Part shown: positions 30,439 to 39,686 of the stretch, one piece after another | Numbering within the stretch: the first letter of the stretch is position 1 | Layout: the number at the start of each line of letters is the position of its first letter | Origin: an uncultured delta proteobacterium | Lineage (GTDB): Bacteria; Desulfobacterota; Binatia; Binatales; Binataceae | Direction: 5' to 3' | Length of the DNA stretch: 64,000 nt | Assembly (NCBI GenBank): GCA_963796565.1 | Contig: CAWCMA010000007.1 | Location: forward strand, 487,044 to 551,043 | The notes under the pieces: model-generated | The model's database searches: none | Seen by the model: the letters and a program-made list of their open reading frames with translations, nothing else | Told to the model about the DNA's origin: nothing | Program-made: the position numbers and the translations under genes

Positions 30439-31650
30439 ATGAGCCCCAATTCTGAGACCGCTTCGTATAGCCCCGGCGCTTCGGGAATGCCACCGTCGGT
30501 CAATTTGCCAGCGCAGCCGCTGAGCACGATCGCCATGGCGTTGATCGGGCTGGGGGTGATCGCCTTCCTCATCGCGATCACGCACGGCCTGGCGCAACGT
30601 GCCTGGGAGGCCTTCCTGGTCAACCTGCTGTTCTTCCTCGGAATAGCGCAGGGAGGCGTGGTGGCGTCCGCGGCTTTTTACCTTACCCAGGGCCGCTGGG
30701 CCGGTCGCGCGCATTATCGCCTGGCCGAGTCTTTCAGCGGGTTTCTCATCCTCGGCTTTGTCCTGTTCTGGTTCCTGTTGCTGGGCCGCGAATGGATCTT
30801 TCCCTGGATTCGGCATCCGGTTCCCTCCAAGACGAGCTGGCTCAACGTGCCATTCCTGTTCGCTCGCGACGGCATCGCCCTGGCCGTGATGACGCTGTTG
30901 AGCCTGTCGTTCCTTTCGGCGTCGCGCGGCGAGGAAGCTCGTAAATGGGCGGCGACCTCGGCTGATATAGTGATGCCACCGCAGAAGATACGCCGCCTGG
31001 CGCCGGCCGTGTGCATCTGCTTCGGGTTGGTCTACTCGTTGCTCGCCTTCGACCTGGTGATGTCGCTGTCGCCGCTGTGGCATTCGACGCTGTTCGGCTG
31101 GTGGTTTTTTGCGGGCGCCTTCTGGAGCGCGATCGTGACCATGGCATTTACGGCGGTCTGTCTGCGGCGCGTGCTGGGCAAGGGCAATATCTTCACCGAA
31201 GGCCGCATCATGCGCGACCTGGGATTGATGGTATTTGCGTTTTCGGTGTTTTGGGTTTACACGCTGTTCGCGCAATACTTGGTGATCTGGTATGGCGACA
31301 TCCCGATGGAGACTTTTTTCATCGTGCTGCGCGTGCATTACATGCCGTGGGCGTTTATGTCCTGGATGACGGTAACGCTGGTCTGGGCCATACCGTTCGT
31401 CGTGTTGCTGGGCATCCGGCCCAAGAAAACGCCCGTTATTCTGGGCACCGTGGCGTTGCTCGGGATGATCGGCATCTGGTCCGAGATCTATGTACTGGTC
31501 GTGCCTTCGCTCTCGCCGCGGACGGTTCCGCTGGGGTGGGTCGAAATCCTTGTTACGGCCGGGTTCCTGGGCGCTTTTTGGCTATGTTCCTATCCCGGCT
31601 TGAAAATGGCATCGGCGGCCGCGATGGAGCCGATCGGAGAATCGCACTGA
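30439..31650 (+). CDS. actF: Alternative complex III subunit ActF (second NrfD-like membrane subunit); no ActE between D and F
   Basis: Polytopic NrfD-like protein. Its stop overlaps the coxB start. Confidence 0.75.
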   Translation: MSPNSETASYSPGASGMPPSVNLPAQPLSTIAMALIGLGVIAFLIAITHGLAQRAWEAFLVNLLFFLGIAQGGVVASAAFYLTQGRWAGRAHYRLAESFSGFLILGFVLFWFLLLGREWIFPWIRHPVPSKTSWLNVPFLFARDGIALAVMTLLSLSFLSASRGEEARKWAATSADIVMPPQKIRRLAPAVCICFGLVYSLLAFDLVMSLSPLWHSTLFGWWFFAGAFWSAIVTMAFTAVCLRRVLGKGNIFTEGRIMRDLGLMVFAFSVFWVYTLFAQYLVIWYGDIPMETFFIVLRVHYMPWAFMSWMTVTLVWAIPFVVLLGIRPKKTPVILGTVALLGMIGIWSEIYVLVVPSLSPRTVPLGWVEILVTAGFLGAFWLCSYPGLKMASAAAMEPIGESH

Positions 31651-32693
31651 TGAAGCCGCCGGTTCGAGTTATCAATTGGGCTTCGCTGATGTGCACCCTG
31701 ATGGCACTGGCCGCGGGCCTGACGGGCTGCGCCACGAAATATCCGATGGACACGCTCAGCCAGGGGTCCGATTTCGCACGGCGGATCCGTTCGATCTACC
31801 TGTTCGTCAACTGGATCGACTTCGTCATCATGCTGATCGTGCTGACCGTGATGTTTCTGGCGATCTTCTGGTTCTCGACCCGCGTCGGCGAACCGGGCGA
31901 GCCTTCCACGGTAACGTCCGATATCCGGCTCGAGGTTGCCTGGACCGCGATACCCGCGCTCATCCTGGTCTTCATCACGGTACCGACAATCCGCACCATC
32001 TGGGCCACGCAGCCCGACCATTGGCCGGCTGACGCGCTCACGATCAAAGTCATCGCGCACCAGTGGTGGTGGGAATTCCAGTATCCGCAGTACGGCATCG
32101 ATACCGCCGATGAGGTGCATCTTCAGGCTGGCCGCATGGTGCACTTTTCGATGCAGTCGGCGGACATCATTCACAGCTTCTGGCTTCCTGCGCTGGGCGG
32201 CAAGCGCGACGTGGTGCCCGGCCAAATCAATTCGATCACCTATACCCCCGACCAACTCGGCGAGTTCTACGGTCAGTGCGTCGAGTTCTGCGGCGACTCG
32301 CATGCCAATATGCGCCTGCGCGGTTTCGTCCAGACCAAGGACGACTTCGACAAGTGGGTCAAGCAACAGCAGTCGCCGCCGGTGACGCCGACCGAAGGAT
32401 CGGCGGCAGCAGGCGCGCAAATCTTCGCCAACGCGCCCTGCGCGATTTGTCACACGGTCAAGGGTATCTCGGGTTTTTCCAAGCAATACGCCGGCAACTT
32501 CAAGGGCCCCGACCTGACGCACTTCGGCTCGCGCACGACGCTGGCGGGCAGTATTCTGGACAACACGCCGGAGAACCTGGCGAAGTGGATTCAGGACCCG
32601 GACAAGATCAAGCCCGGGGCCAACATGCCGACGCTCGGATTGAAGGGCAAAGATCTTAACGACCTGGTCGCTTATCTCGAAGGCCTGAAGTAG
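31650..32693 (+). CDS. coxB: Cytochrome c oxidase subunit II with a fused C-terminal cytochrome c domain (caa3-type)
   Basis: CuA site HSFWLPALG...CVEFCGDSHANM, and a C-terminal CAICH haem c site. Confidence 0.9.
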   Translation: MKPPVRVINWASLMCTLMALAAGLTGCATKYPMDTLSQGSDFARRIRSIYLFVNWIDFVIMLIVLTVMFLAIFWFSTRVGEPGEPSTVTSDIRLEVAWTAIPALILVFITVPTIRTIWATQPDHWPADALTIKVIAHQWWWEFQYPQYGIDTADEVHLQAGRMVHFSMQSADIIHSFWLPALGGKRDVVPGQINSITYTPDQLGEFYGQCVEFCGDSHANMRLRGFVQTKDDFDKWVKQQQSPPVTPTEGSAAAGAQIFANAPCAICHTVKGISGFSKQYAGNFKGPDLTHFGSRTTLAGSILDNTPENLAKWIQDPDKIKPGANMPTLGLKGKDLNDLVAYLEGLK

Positions 32694-32703
32694 GTAGAGG
32701 GCT

Positions 32704-35199
32704 ATGGCTGCGCAACCCAAACAGCTTCCGTTGGAACACTCCAACTACCTGACGGTCGAGTCAGGGATTTACAGTTGGCTGACCACTGTCGATCACAAGC
32801 GCGTCGCCATCTTATACCTCATCGCGTCGTGCGCCTTTATGCTCATCGGCGGCCTCGAGGCGATGGCCATCCGCACCCAACTCGCGGTGCCGAACAACAC
32901 TTTCCTTTCGGCTAACACTTACAACCAGATGTTCACGATGCACGGCACGACCATGATTTTCATGGTTGTGATGCCGCTGGAGCTGGGGTTTTTCGCGAAC
33001 TTTCTTATCCCGCTCCAGATTGGCGCGCGTGACGTCGCCTTTCCGCGCCTCAACGCGTTGAGCTTCTGGGTCTTCCTGTTCGGCGCCCTGTTCATGAACT
33101 TTGGATGGCTCAGCCTGGCGCTGCCGGACGCGGGTTGGTTTGGCTACGCCAACCTGACCGAGCGTTACTTCTCGCCCGGCATCAACATCGACCTGTGGAA
33201 CATCGGCCTGCTCATTCTTGGCATCTCGACTCTGCTGAGCGGCCTCAATTTCTTCGTCACCATCGTCAATATGCGCGCTCCGGGCATGACCTTCATGCGC
33301 ATGCCGATGTTCATGTGGGCGATGCTGGTGACCACCATCCTCATCCTGCTCGCCTTTCCGTGTCTGACGGTGGGCCTGATTTTTCTGTTCCTGGACCGCT
33401 TCGTCGGCACTCACTTCTATGTGGTCGAGTTGGGCGCCACGCCAATCCTGTGGCAGCACCTGTTCTGGCTGTTCGGCCATCCCGAGGTTTACATCATGGC
33501 GCTGCCGGCGTTCGGCATGATGTCGGAGATTCTGCCGGTATTTTCGCGCAAACCGCTGTTCGGTTACGCCGGGATGGCGTACTCGATGGTGCTGATTGGA
33601 TTTCTGTCGTATGGGGTGTGGGGGCACCACATGTTCGCGACCGGGATGGGTCCGGTGGCGGATTCGACCTTCGCGATCACCACGATGCTGATCGCGATTC
33701 CCACCGGGATCAAGATTTTCAGTTGGGTTGCGACCGTATGGGGCGGTTCGCTGAGGATGACGGTCGCGTTTTACTTTGGGGTGGCCGCAGTCCTCGAATT
33801 CACGCTGGGTGGACTGAGCGGGGTCATGCACGCCAGTGTGCCGATCGATCTTCAGCAGACCGACACCTATTTCGTGGTCGCGCATTTCCACTACGTGCTG
33901 TTCGGCGGCATGATGTTCGCGATCCTTGGCGGGTTCTTCTACTGGTGGCCCAAGATCACGGGCCGGCTGCTCAACGAAGATCTCGGCAAGTTGCAGTTCT
34001 GGCTGACTATCGTCGGCTTCAACGGCACTTTCTTTCCGATGCACTTTCTCGGCGTATGGGGAATGCCGCGGCGCATCTATACCTACGCACCGGGGATGGG
34101 ATGGGATTTCTGGAACGCGTTCGAAACCGCCTCCGCGTACCTCCTGTTCATCACCTTCATGATTTTCGCCTACAATATCTTCCGGAGCCTGTTTTACGGC
34201 GAGAAGGCCGAAGCCGACCCGTGGGACGCCCGCACCCTGGAGTGGGCAACTCCCTCGCCGCCGCCTCCTTACAATTTTGAAAACATACCGTCAGTTCGCG
34301 GCCGCGACGCGTTCTGGGTCGAAAAGTATGGCGTGATGGTCGAGAGCCACGGCCACTCCAGCATGCCGGCCCACGGCGAGACCTCGGGCGCCGGAGCGCC
34401 GGCCATCGCCGAGCATCACGAGATCTCCGGACACGGCGCTCCTCACATGCCCGCGCCCTCGCTGTATCCGCTGCTGTTCGCGCTCGGCCTGGTGGTGGGC
34501 GGGGTTGGCGCGATGGCGAACTGGATCAGGATCGACGTGCTGGCTGGGCTCCTGCTGTTTTTCTCGATCATCGGGATGGCGTTCGAGTACCCGGACCACG
34601 GCGAGGAGCATCCTCATCAGGATCCTTCGACCTACACCGGCATCGACCATCGCAAAGCCGGGATGTGGGCGTTCCTTGGGTCCGAGTGCGTCTTTTTCGC
34701 CTGTCTCATCTCGGTCTACATGGTCTACAAGCCGCGCAACGTTGGTATCGGCGCCGAAGTGCTCAACATCCCGCTGACCTCGTTCAGCACCTTCATCCTG
34801 CTGATGTCGAGCTTCCTTATGGTTTTGGCGCTGGCCGCCACTCAGCGCGGAGACCAGAAGTGGTCGACCATATGGCTTTCCGGGACCGCCTTCTTTGGAT
34901 TGATATTCTTGGGCGGCCAATACTACGAGTTTTCGACTCTCTTTCTGCATGACCATCTCTCGATGCAGGGGAGCATTTTCGGCCAGACCTTCTATACGCT
35001 GGTCGGCACGCACGGCACTCACGTCGCAATCGGAGTCGTCTGGCTGATCGTGATGGCGGTGGCGTCGGCTACCGGCAGAGCGGGCAAGTCGAGGGCGCTC
35101 TCGGTCGAAATCGTGGGGCTCTACTGGCACTTCGTTGACGTGGTTTGGATTTTGATCTTCACTCTGATCTACCTGATGAGGTCGGTGGCTCACGCATGA
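32704..35199 (+). CDS. ctaD: Cytochrome c oxidase subunit I fused to subunit III (CoxA-CoxC fusion, 831 aa)
   Basis: COX1 signature, then a roughly 200-aa subunit-III-like C-terminal extension (caa3 I/III fusion). Confidence 0.92.
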   Translation: MAAQPKQLPLEHSNYLTVESGIYSWLTTVDHKRVAILYLIASCAFMLIGGLEAMAIRTQLAVPNNTFLSANTYNQMFTMHGTTMIFMVVMPLELGFFANFLIPLQIGARDVAFPRLNALSFWVFLFGALFMNFGWLSLALPDAGWFGYANLTERYFSPGINIDLWNIGLLILGISTLLSGLNFFVTIVNMRAPGMTFMRMPMFMWAMLVTTILILLAFPCLTVGLIFLFLDRFVGTHFYVVELGATPILWQHLFWLFGHPEVYIMALPAFGMMSEILPVFSRKPLFGYAGMAYSMVLIGFLSYGVWGHHMFATGMGPVADSTFAITTMLIAIPTGIKIFSWVATVWGGSLRMTVAFYFGVAAVLEFTLGGLSGVMHASVPIDLQQTDTYFVVAHFHYVLFGGMMFAILGGFFYWWPKITGRLLNEDLGKLQFWLTIVGFNGTFFPMHFLGVWGMPRRIYTYAPGMGWDFWNAFETASAYLLFITFMIFAYNIFRSLFYGEKAEADPWDARTLEWATPSPPPPYNFENIPSVRGRDAFWVEKYGVMVESHGHSSMPAHGETSGAGAPAIAEHHEISGHGAPHMPAPSLYPLLFALGLVVGGVGAMANWIRIDVLAGLLLFFSIIGMAFEYPDHGEEHPHQDPSTYTGIDHRKAGMWAFLGSECVFFACLISVYMVYKPRNVGIGAEVLNIPLTSFSTFILLMSSFLMVLALAATQRGDQKWSTIWLSGTAFFGLIFLGGQYYEFSTLFLHDHLSMQGSIFGQTFYTLVGTHGTHVAIGVVWLIVMAVASATGRAGKSRALSVEIVGLYWHFVDVVWILIFTLIYLMRSVAHA

Positions 35200-35543
35200 G
35201 CGAGAATGTAGCAGCGGCAGGGCAAGAGCACTTTGTAGAGGGCGAGCACCACGCGGGGCATCCCGGGCCGGCGCTCTACGCGATCATCGCGGTCGCTCTG
35301 GTGATCCTGACCTTCATGGAGCTGGCGGTATATTACGTCAGCTTCCTACAGCCCCTGCTGGTGCCGATCCTGATCCTGCTGGCGATCGCCAAGTTCCTGC
35401 TGGTCGGCGGATTTTACATGCATCTGTACTATGACCAGAAGATCTTCACCATTTTCTTCGTCTTTCCGCTCATCCTGGCATGCTTTATCGGCGCCGCCCT
35501 GTTGATGATTTTCTCAGCGCTCGAGGGTCGGATAGCCCCTTGA
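35196..35543 (+). CDS. caa3-type cytochrome oxidase subunit IV
   Basis: ATGA overlap with subunit I. Small 3-TM protein. Confidence 0.65.
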   Translation: MSENVAAAGQEHFVEGEHHAGHPGPALYAIIAVALVILTFMELAVYYVSFLQPLLVPILILLAIAKFLLVGGFYMHLYYDQKIFTIFFVFPLILACFIGAALLMIFSALEGRIAP

Positions 35544-35597
35544 ATTGGTTCGGGGCCGGCGCCGACGGGCCCCGGCTTCGCAAATAAGTTGATTTGA

Positions 35598-36401
35598 ATG
35601 GATCCATCCGCAGCCATTGGTATCGTCCTGCTAGCGGTCGCCTATGCGCTTACGGCACGCCACTTCAAGCGCCGACCTACGCAGCGCCAGGTGTTCTTTT
35701 TCTGCCTGCTCCTCCTGGCGATGCTCGTCACCTTCGGCCCGCTCGACGAACTGGCCGACGGGCGCTCGTTTTGGGCGCACATGGTCGAGCATTCGGTCCA
35801 GAGTTGGGTCATTCCGCCGCTGTTCCTGCTCTCGGTGCCGGACTGGATGTTCCGGCCGATCCTGATGAGCCGGCCGATCCAGCCGTTCGCGCGTTTTTTC
35901 ACCAGCCCGGTGGTCGCATTCGTGACCTTTACCGTCATCTACGTCTTCGTTCATGATCCCCCGATCTTCAACCTGATGATGAGCAACGGGGCCGTTCATA
36001 TCACCGTTCACATCGCCTTTATGGTCGCCGGCACCATCCTGTTCTGGCCGCTACTGAGCCCGATGCCGGAGTTTCCGCGGCTCAGCTACCCGGCGCAGAT
36101 TCTCTATCTGTTCCTGCTGATGGTCCCGATGACCGCGGTGGCGGCGCCCATCACGCTGGCGGATTCGGTCACCTACCCGTTTTATGCGGTCACGCCACAT
36201 CCGTTCGGCTTATCGCCTCACGAAGATCAGGTCATCGGCGGAATCCTGATGTGGGTCGCCGACAGCTTCTATCTGATGCTGATCACCACGCTGATCTTTT
36301 TCCGCTGGGCGCGCGACGACGAGATCGAAGTACCGGCGATAAACCTGCGTCGGCCGCCCGAATTGCGTGTCCTGCGGCCCTCACGCAACGCCCGCGCCTG
36401 A
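35598..36401 (+). CDS. ctaG: Cytochrome c oxidase caa3 assembly factor CtaG (Caa3_CtaG family)
   Basis: Polytopic protein with the HMVEH motif, located after the oxidase genes. Confidence 0.65.
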   Translation: MDPSAAIGIVLLAVAYALTARHFKRRPTQRQVFFFCLLLLAMLVTFGPLDELADGRSFWAHMVEHSVQSWVIPPLFLLSVPDWMFRPILMSRPIQPFARFFTSPVVAFVTFTVIYVFVHDPPIFNLMMSNGAVHITVHIAFMVAGTILFWPLLSPMPEFPRLSYPAQILYLFLLMVPMTAVAAPITLADSVTYPFYAVTPHPFGLSPHEDQVIGGILMWVADSFYLMLITTLIFFRWARDDEIEVPAINLRRPPELRVLRPSRNARA

Positions 36402-36637
36402 AAGGCGTTAACCTTCGGCGTAGCGAGGAGTTACGCCAGAAGCCTCCAAGGACTCTCGCCGCCCACTTCCCTCACGCTCGCACAAGGCGTAGTGCTGGGA
36501 TCAAAGGGGGCGCCGACCTAAGGCCCCAGAAGAGCTACATAAATCCTCGTACGATACCGGCGGCTTGCTCCCGACGGTATCGGTTCCCCCATCCTGCGGC
36601 ACGCTCGCTTCTCGGCGCTCCCCGAAAGGAGAATCCG

Positions 36638-37591
36638 ATGAATCAGAGAGTACGCATAGTCATAGATGGCGCTGTCGCGGGCGTGATTGGCGCGTTCGTG
36701 ATTGCACTGTGGTACCTGATCTTCGATGCCGCCGGAGGTCAGCCGCTGAATTCCTTCGGCTCGTTGGATGCCACGCTGTTCGGCTCCTCCGGCGGCGTGG
36801 GCCTGATGCTCGGGCGGTTCGGCTTCCATCTCTGCGTCTTCGCGCTCATCGGAGTTGTCGCCGCGGTGATTCTCGAAACCGCCGAGACTGACGAGACGCT
36901 TTTTCCGACCATGATGCTGCTGGTCCCGGTCTTCGAGATCTTCTGCATCATGCTCCTGATGCTGATCGGACCGTCGGCGGGAGTGTCGCTGCCGTGGTGG
37001 AAGTTCCTGATCGGCGATTTGATGGCGACCTCGGCGATGCTGGCGTTTTTTCTCGAACGCCATCGCACCTTGGCGCACCATCTGGAGGGTCCGTGGACCG
37101 GCGTGGCCCGTGAGGGCGCGCTGGCAGGGGTGATCGGCGGAGTAGTTGTCGCAGTCTGGTTCCTGGTTTGCGACTTTGTGGCAGGGGAAATCTTTCGCAC
37201 GCCGGCGGTGCTGGGCGCGGCGATTTTCCAGGGCATCTTCGACCCAAACCAGGTGCAGGTAACGCTGCCCCTGGTGCTGGGTTATACGGCACTGCATTTT
37301 TTCGCCTTCGTGATATTCGGGATCGCGACCGCAGTGATGCTGCTCGCGGCCGACTACGAGCCCGTGTTCGCGTTGGCCGCGATCTTCTTGCTGGCGATTT
37401 TCGAGATTTTTTTCGTCGGGGCGCTGGCGGCCTTCGACCAGGCGGCACTCGCCGCGCTGGGATTCTGGAAGATCCTGGCCGGTAACGTACTGGCGATGGT
37501 CGCGATGATGGGGTATTTCGAAACCCGGCATCGCGGATGGCTGGCGCGGTTCCGCGACCGATGGGAAGTGCTGCAACTCCGGCGCAATTAG
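36638..37591 (+). CDS. Internally duplicated integral membrane protein (2 x about 155 aa, about 4 TM each), unknown function
   Basis: GGAGAA RBS. The two halves align: GAVAGVIGAFVIALWYLIFD vs GALAGVIGGVVVAVWFLVCD, and FFLERHR vs YFETRHR. Confidence 0.7.
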   Translation: MNQRVRIVIDGAVAGVIGAFVIALWYLIFDAAGGQPLNSFGSLDATLFGSSGGVGLMLGRFGFHLCVFALIGVVAAVILETAETDETLFPTMMLLVPVFEIFCIMLLMLIGPSAGVSLPWWKFLIGDLMATSAMLAFFLERHRTLAHHLEGPWTGVAREGALAGVIGGVVVAVWFLVCDFVAGEIFRTPAVLGAAIFQGIFDPNQVQVTLPLVLGYTALHFFAFVIFGIATAVMLLAADYEPVFALAAIFLLAIFEIFFVGALAAFDQAALAALGFWKILAGNVLAMVAMMGYFETRHRGWLARFRDRWEVLQLRRN

Positions 37592-37597
37592 CAAACC

Positions 37598-37637
37598 GTG
37601 CGGGGCGGGCGCACCCGGGGTTGCGCCCGCCCCGCAC
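37598..37637 (+). terminator. Perfect 16-bp GC-rich inverted repeat (GTGCGGGGCGGGCGCA-cccggggt-TGCGCCCGCCCCGCAC) 7 nt after the stop
   Basis: Seen directly. No T-run, so it is an intrinsic terminator-like or protective hairpin. Confidence 0.55.
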
Positions 37638-37947
37638 GCCAGCATTTGATTGGAAACAGGACAGAGAGCTCGATTAGTCCTATAGCTCATAGGAAAATCG
37701 ACCCCAGCCCGGCACTTTCGGTCATCCACATAACCAAACAGAGGATCCCTGCGGTAGCTTCTGCATCATGCCCAACGGTAGTCTGAGCACGTAGGGATCG
37801 ATATAGGAATCGAGTCCGAATCTGAGCCAGCTCTGCGGTGGCCCTTCCGCTTGCCTTTGGCCACCTTCCGCCAGACCGACTTAAAACACATGAGGAACAA
37901 AGGCCCGCGCGGGAGCCTCTTGTGCACCCTATCGAGGTAGTCCGAGA

Positions 37948-38412
37948 ATGAAACTTCCGAAAAGCGTCGCTTTCGCCGCCGCGGTCGCGGTATCTGCCGG
38001 TTTCCTGGGCGCTTGCGCCTACGAGGTGCCGCCCACGACAACGACCACCGAATACTCCACGACTGCTCCCGTGTACGTGGCGCCGCCGGTAACGACCAGC
38101 AGCAGCACCACAACCACGACTCAGTATCCCAACGGCACCGTGACGAGCACCACGCCCGTTTATTCGAGCGCGGTAACGAGTCCACCAGTGATGATGGTCC
38201 CGCAACCTGTCGTGCAAGTTCCAGCCCCGGTTGTCATGGCGCCAGTCCCGAGCCAAACCACCACTTCTACGAGTTGGGGAAACGGGGCCACCGTGCAGAA
38301 GAGAACTACAACCTCTGTCGACGGTTCGGCACAGAACCAGACCACGACTACGTGGAACGGAAATGGGGACGAACCCTCTCAGACCACCACCACCACAACC
38401 AATCCAAACTGA
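37948..38412 (+). CDS. Thr/Ser/Pro/Val-rich lipoprotein
   Basis: MKLPKSVAFAAAVAVSAGFLGAC lipobox, followed by low-complexity TTTTTEYSTTAPVYVAPPVTTSSSTTTTTQ.... Confidence 0.65.
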   Translation: MKLPKSVAFAAAVAVSAGFLGACAYEVPPTTTTTEYSTTAPVYVAPPVTTSSSTTTTTQYPNGTVTSTTPVYSSAVTSPPVMMVPQPVVQVPAPVVMAPVPSQTTTSTSWGNGATVQKRTTTSVDGSAQNQTTTTWNGNGDEPSQTTTTTTNPN

Positions 38413-38488
38413 CAGAGGCCGTGTGAAGGAAGCAGCGCGCGGCCAAAGGTCGGAGCCGTAACCGTTTCAGTCCGGCTTGCGGCCCGGC

Positions 38489-39286
38489 CTACAGTCCCAG
38501 CACGTCGCGCATCGAGTAGAGTCCGGGCGGCCGCTTTTCCAGCCAGGCCGCCGCGCGCAGCGCCCCGCGCGCCAGTGAATCGCGGCTCTGCGACCGATGG
38601 ATAAGCTCCAGGCGCTCGCCCTGGCCGCCGAAGATGACGGTGTGGTCCCCCACCGCGTCGCCGGCCCGCAGCGCCATCATCGCAATCTTCCCGGCCGGCC
38701 GCACGCCGGTTATCCCTTCACGTCCATAAATCGCGTTGGCGACGAAGTCATCGCCGCGCGCCGCAGCAATGATGCGTCCCAGCGCCACCGCGGTCCCGCT
38801 GGGCGCGTCGACCTTGGTCCGATGATGAATCTCGAGCATTTCGGCGTCGAAGTCGGGAAGAATTTTGGCGACCTCGCCGACAATTTTCATCAGCACGTTG
38901 ACCCCGACGCTCATGTTGGGGGCGATCACAGTCCGCGTGCGCGGCGCGAGCTCGCGGGCTCGCGCTTCCATCTCGGGCGTGAGGCCGGTGGTGCCGAGCA
39001 CGATCGCGGCGCCCGCCCTGGCAGCTACTTCAAGATGCTCGAGCGCGGCGCTCGCGATGGTGAAATCGAGGGTGACCGTGTCGGGCTTGGCGATCTCCGC
39101 GTAATCCGCGGTTATCGCTACGCCGAGCGGACCCACGCCGGCGAGCGTCCCCGCGTCGCTACCGACTGCTGGGACATCGCGAGCCTCAAGCGCGCCAACC
39201 AGGCGATGCGCGTGGTCCTGAGCGATGAGCGAGATGAGCAGGCGGCCCATCCGGCCCGCCGCGCCGGCCACAATCAGGTTGGCCAT
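38489..39286 (-). CDS. dapB: 4-hydroxy-tetrahydrodipicolinate reductase
   Basis: MANLIVAGAAGRMGR NAD(P)-binding motif and the EIHHRTKVDAPSGTA motif. Start set at rc cat 39284-39286. Confidence 0.9.
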   Translation of the reverse strand: MANLIVAGAAGRMGRLLISLIAQDHAHRLVGALEARDVPAVGSDAGTLAGVGPLGVAITADYAEIAKPDTVTLDFTIASAALEHLEVAARAGAAIVLGTTGLTPEMEARARELAPRTRTVIAPNMSVGVNVLMKIVGEVAKILPDFDAEMLEIHHRTKVDAPSGTAVALGRIIAAARGDDFVANAIYGREGITGVRPAGKIAMMALRAGDAVGDHTVIFGGQGERLELIHRSQSRDSLARGALRAAAWLEKRPPGLYSMRDVLGL

Positions 39287-39362
39287 CGTGCCTCTCCGTA
39301 TCCGGGCGCGCCGGCGCAGAGCAGGCCATCCGGTGCGGCACGGAGTGATTTCGGGTTTTTCT

Positions 39363-39611
39363 CTAAGCGCTGGCGGCTGCAGGCGCCGCCGAAGCGGCCG
39401 CCGCGCCTGCCTTGCCGTGCTTTGCGGTCCAGTGTTCGTCGCACAGGCTGCCACGGACGCGCTTTTTTCGGCACTTTTCGAAGGTGCAGGTCTTGTAGCG
39501 CGCCTTGGGCATCTCGCCGTGGCGCCACAGCCGGTAATGCATGCGGCAGTAGTGCTTCGCGACCACCTCGCGGTTGCAATCCGTGGCCTTGCAGGTTCCT
39601 TTGTTCGCCAT
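39363..39611 (-). CDS. Small Cys/His-rich protein with a duplicated CX4C...C/H motif (putative Zn-binding), hypothetical
   Basis: MANKGTCKATDCNREVVAKHYCRMHYRLWRHG / TCTFEKCRKKRVRGSLCDEHWTAKHG, with an Ala-rich tail. Confidence 0.5.
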   Translation of the reverse strand: MANKGTCKATDCNREVVAKHYCRMHYRLWRHGEMPKARYKTCTFEKCRKKRVRGSLCDEHWTAKHGKAGAAAASAAPAAASA

Positions 39612-39686
39612 TAACCGTTTTCTCTCAAATGCGTTTTTCTTAAAAATGCGTTATTTCCGAAAGAGCGCGTCCGGAGACCGGCCGGG

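Noticed and set aside
30384-30439. Possible missing actE between actD and actF
   Set aside because: Only a 54-nt gap with no ORF. The absence is real in this window and is recorded as a finding rather than a feature.
39225-39614. Plus-strand 129-aa and 348-aa ORFs overlapping dapB and the small Cys-rich gene
   Set aside because: They are antisense to dapB, which has clear motifs, and are Arg/Ala-rich shadow frames.
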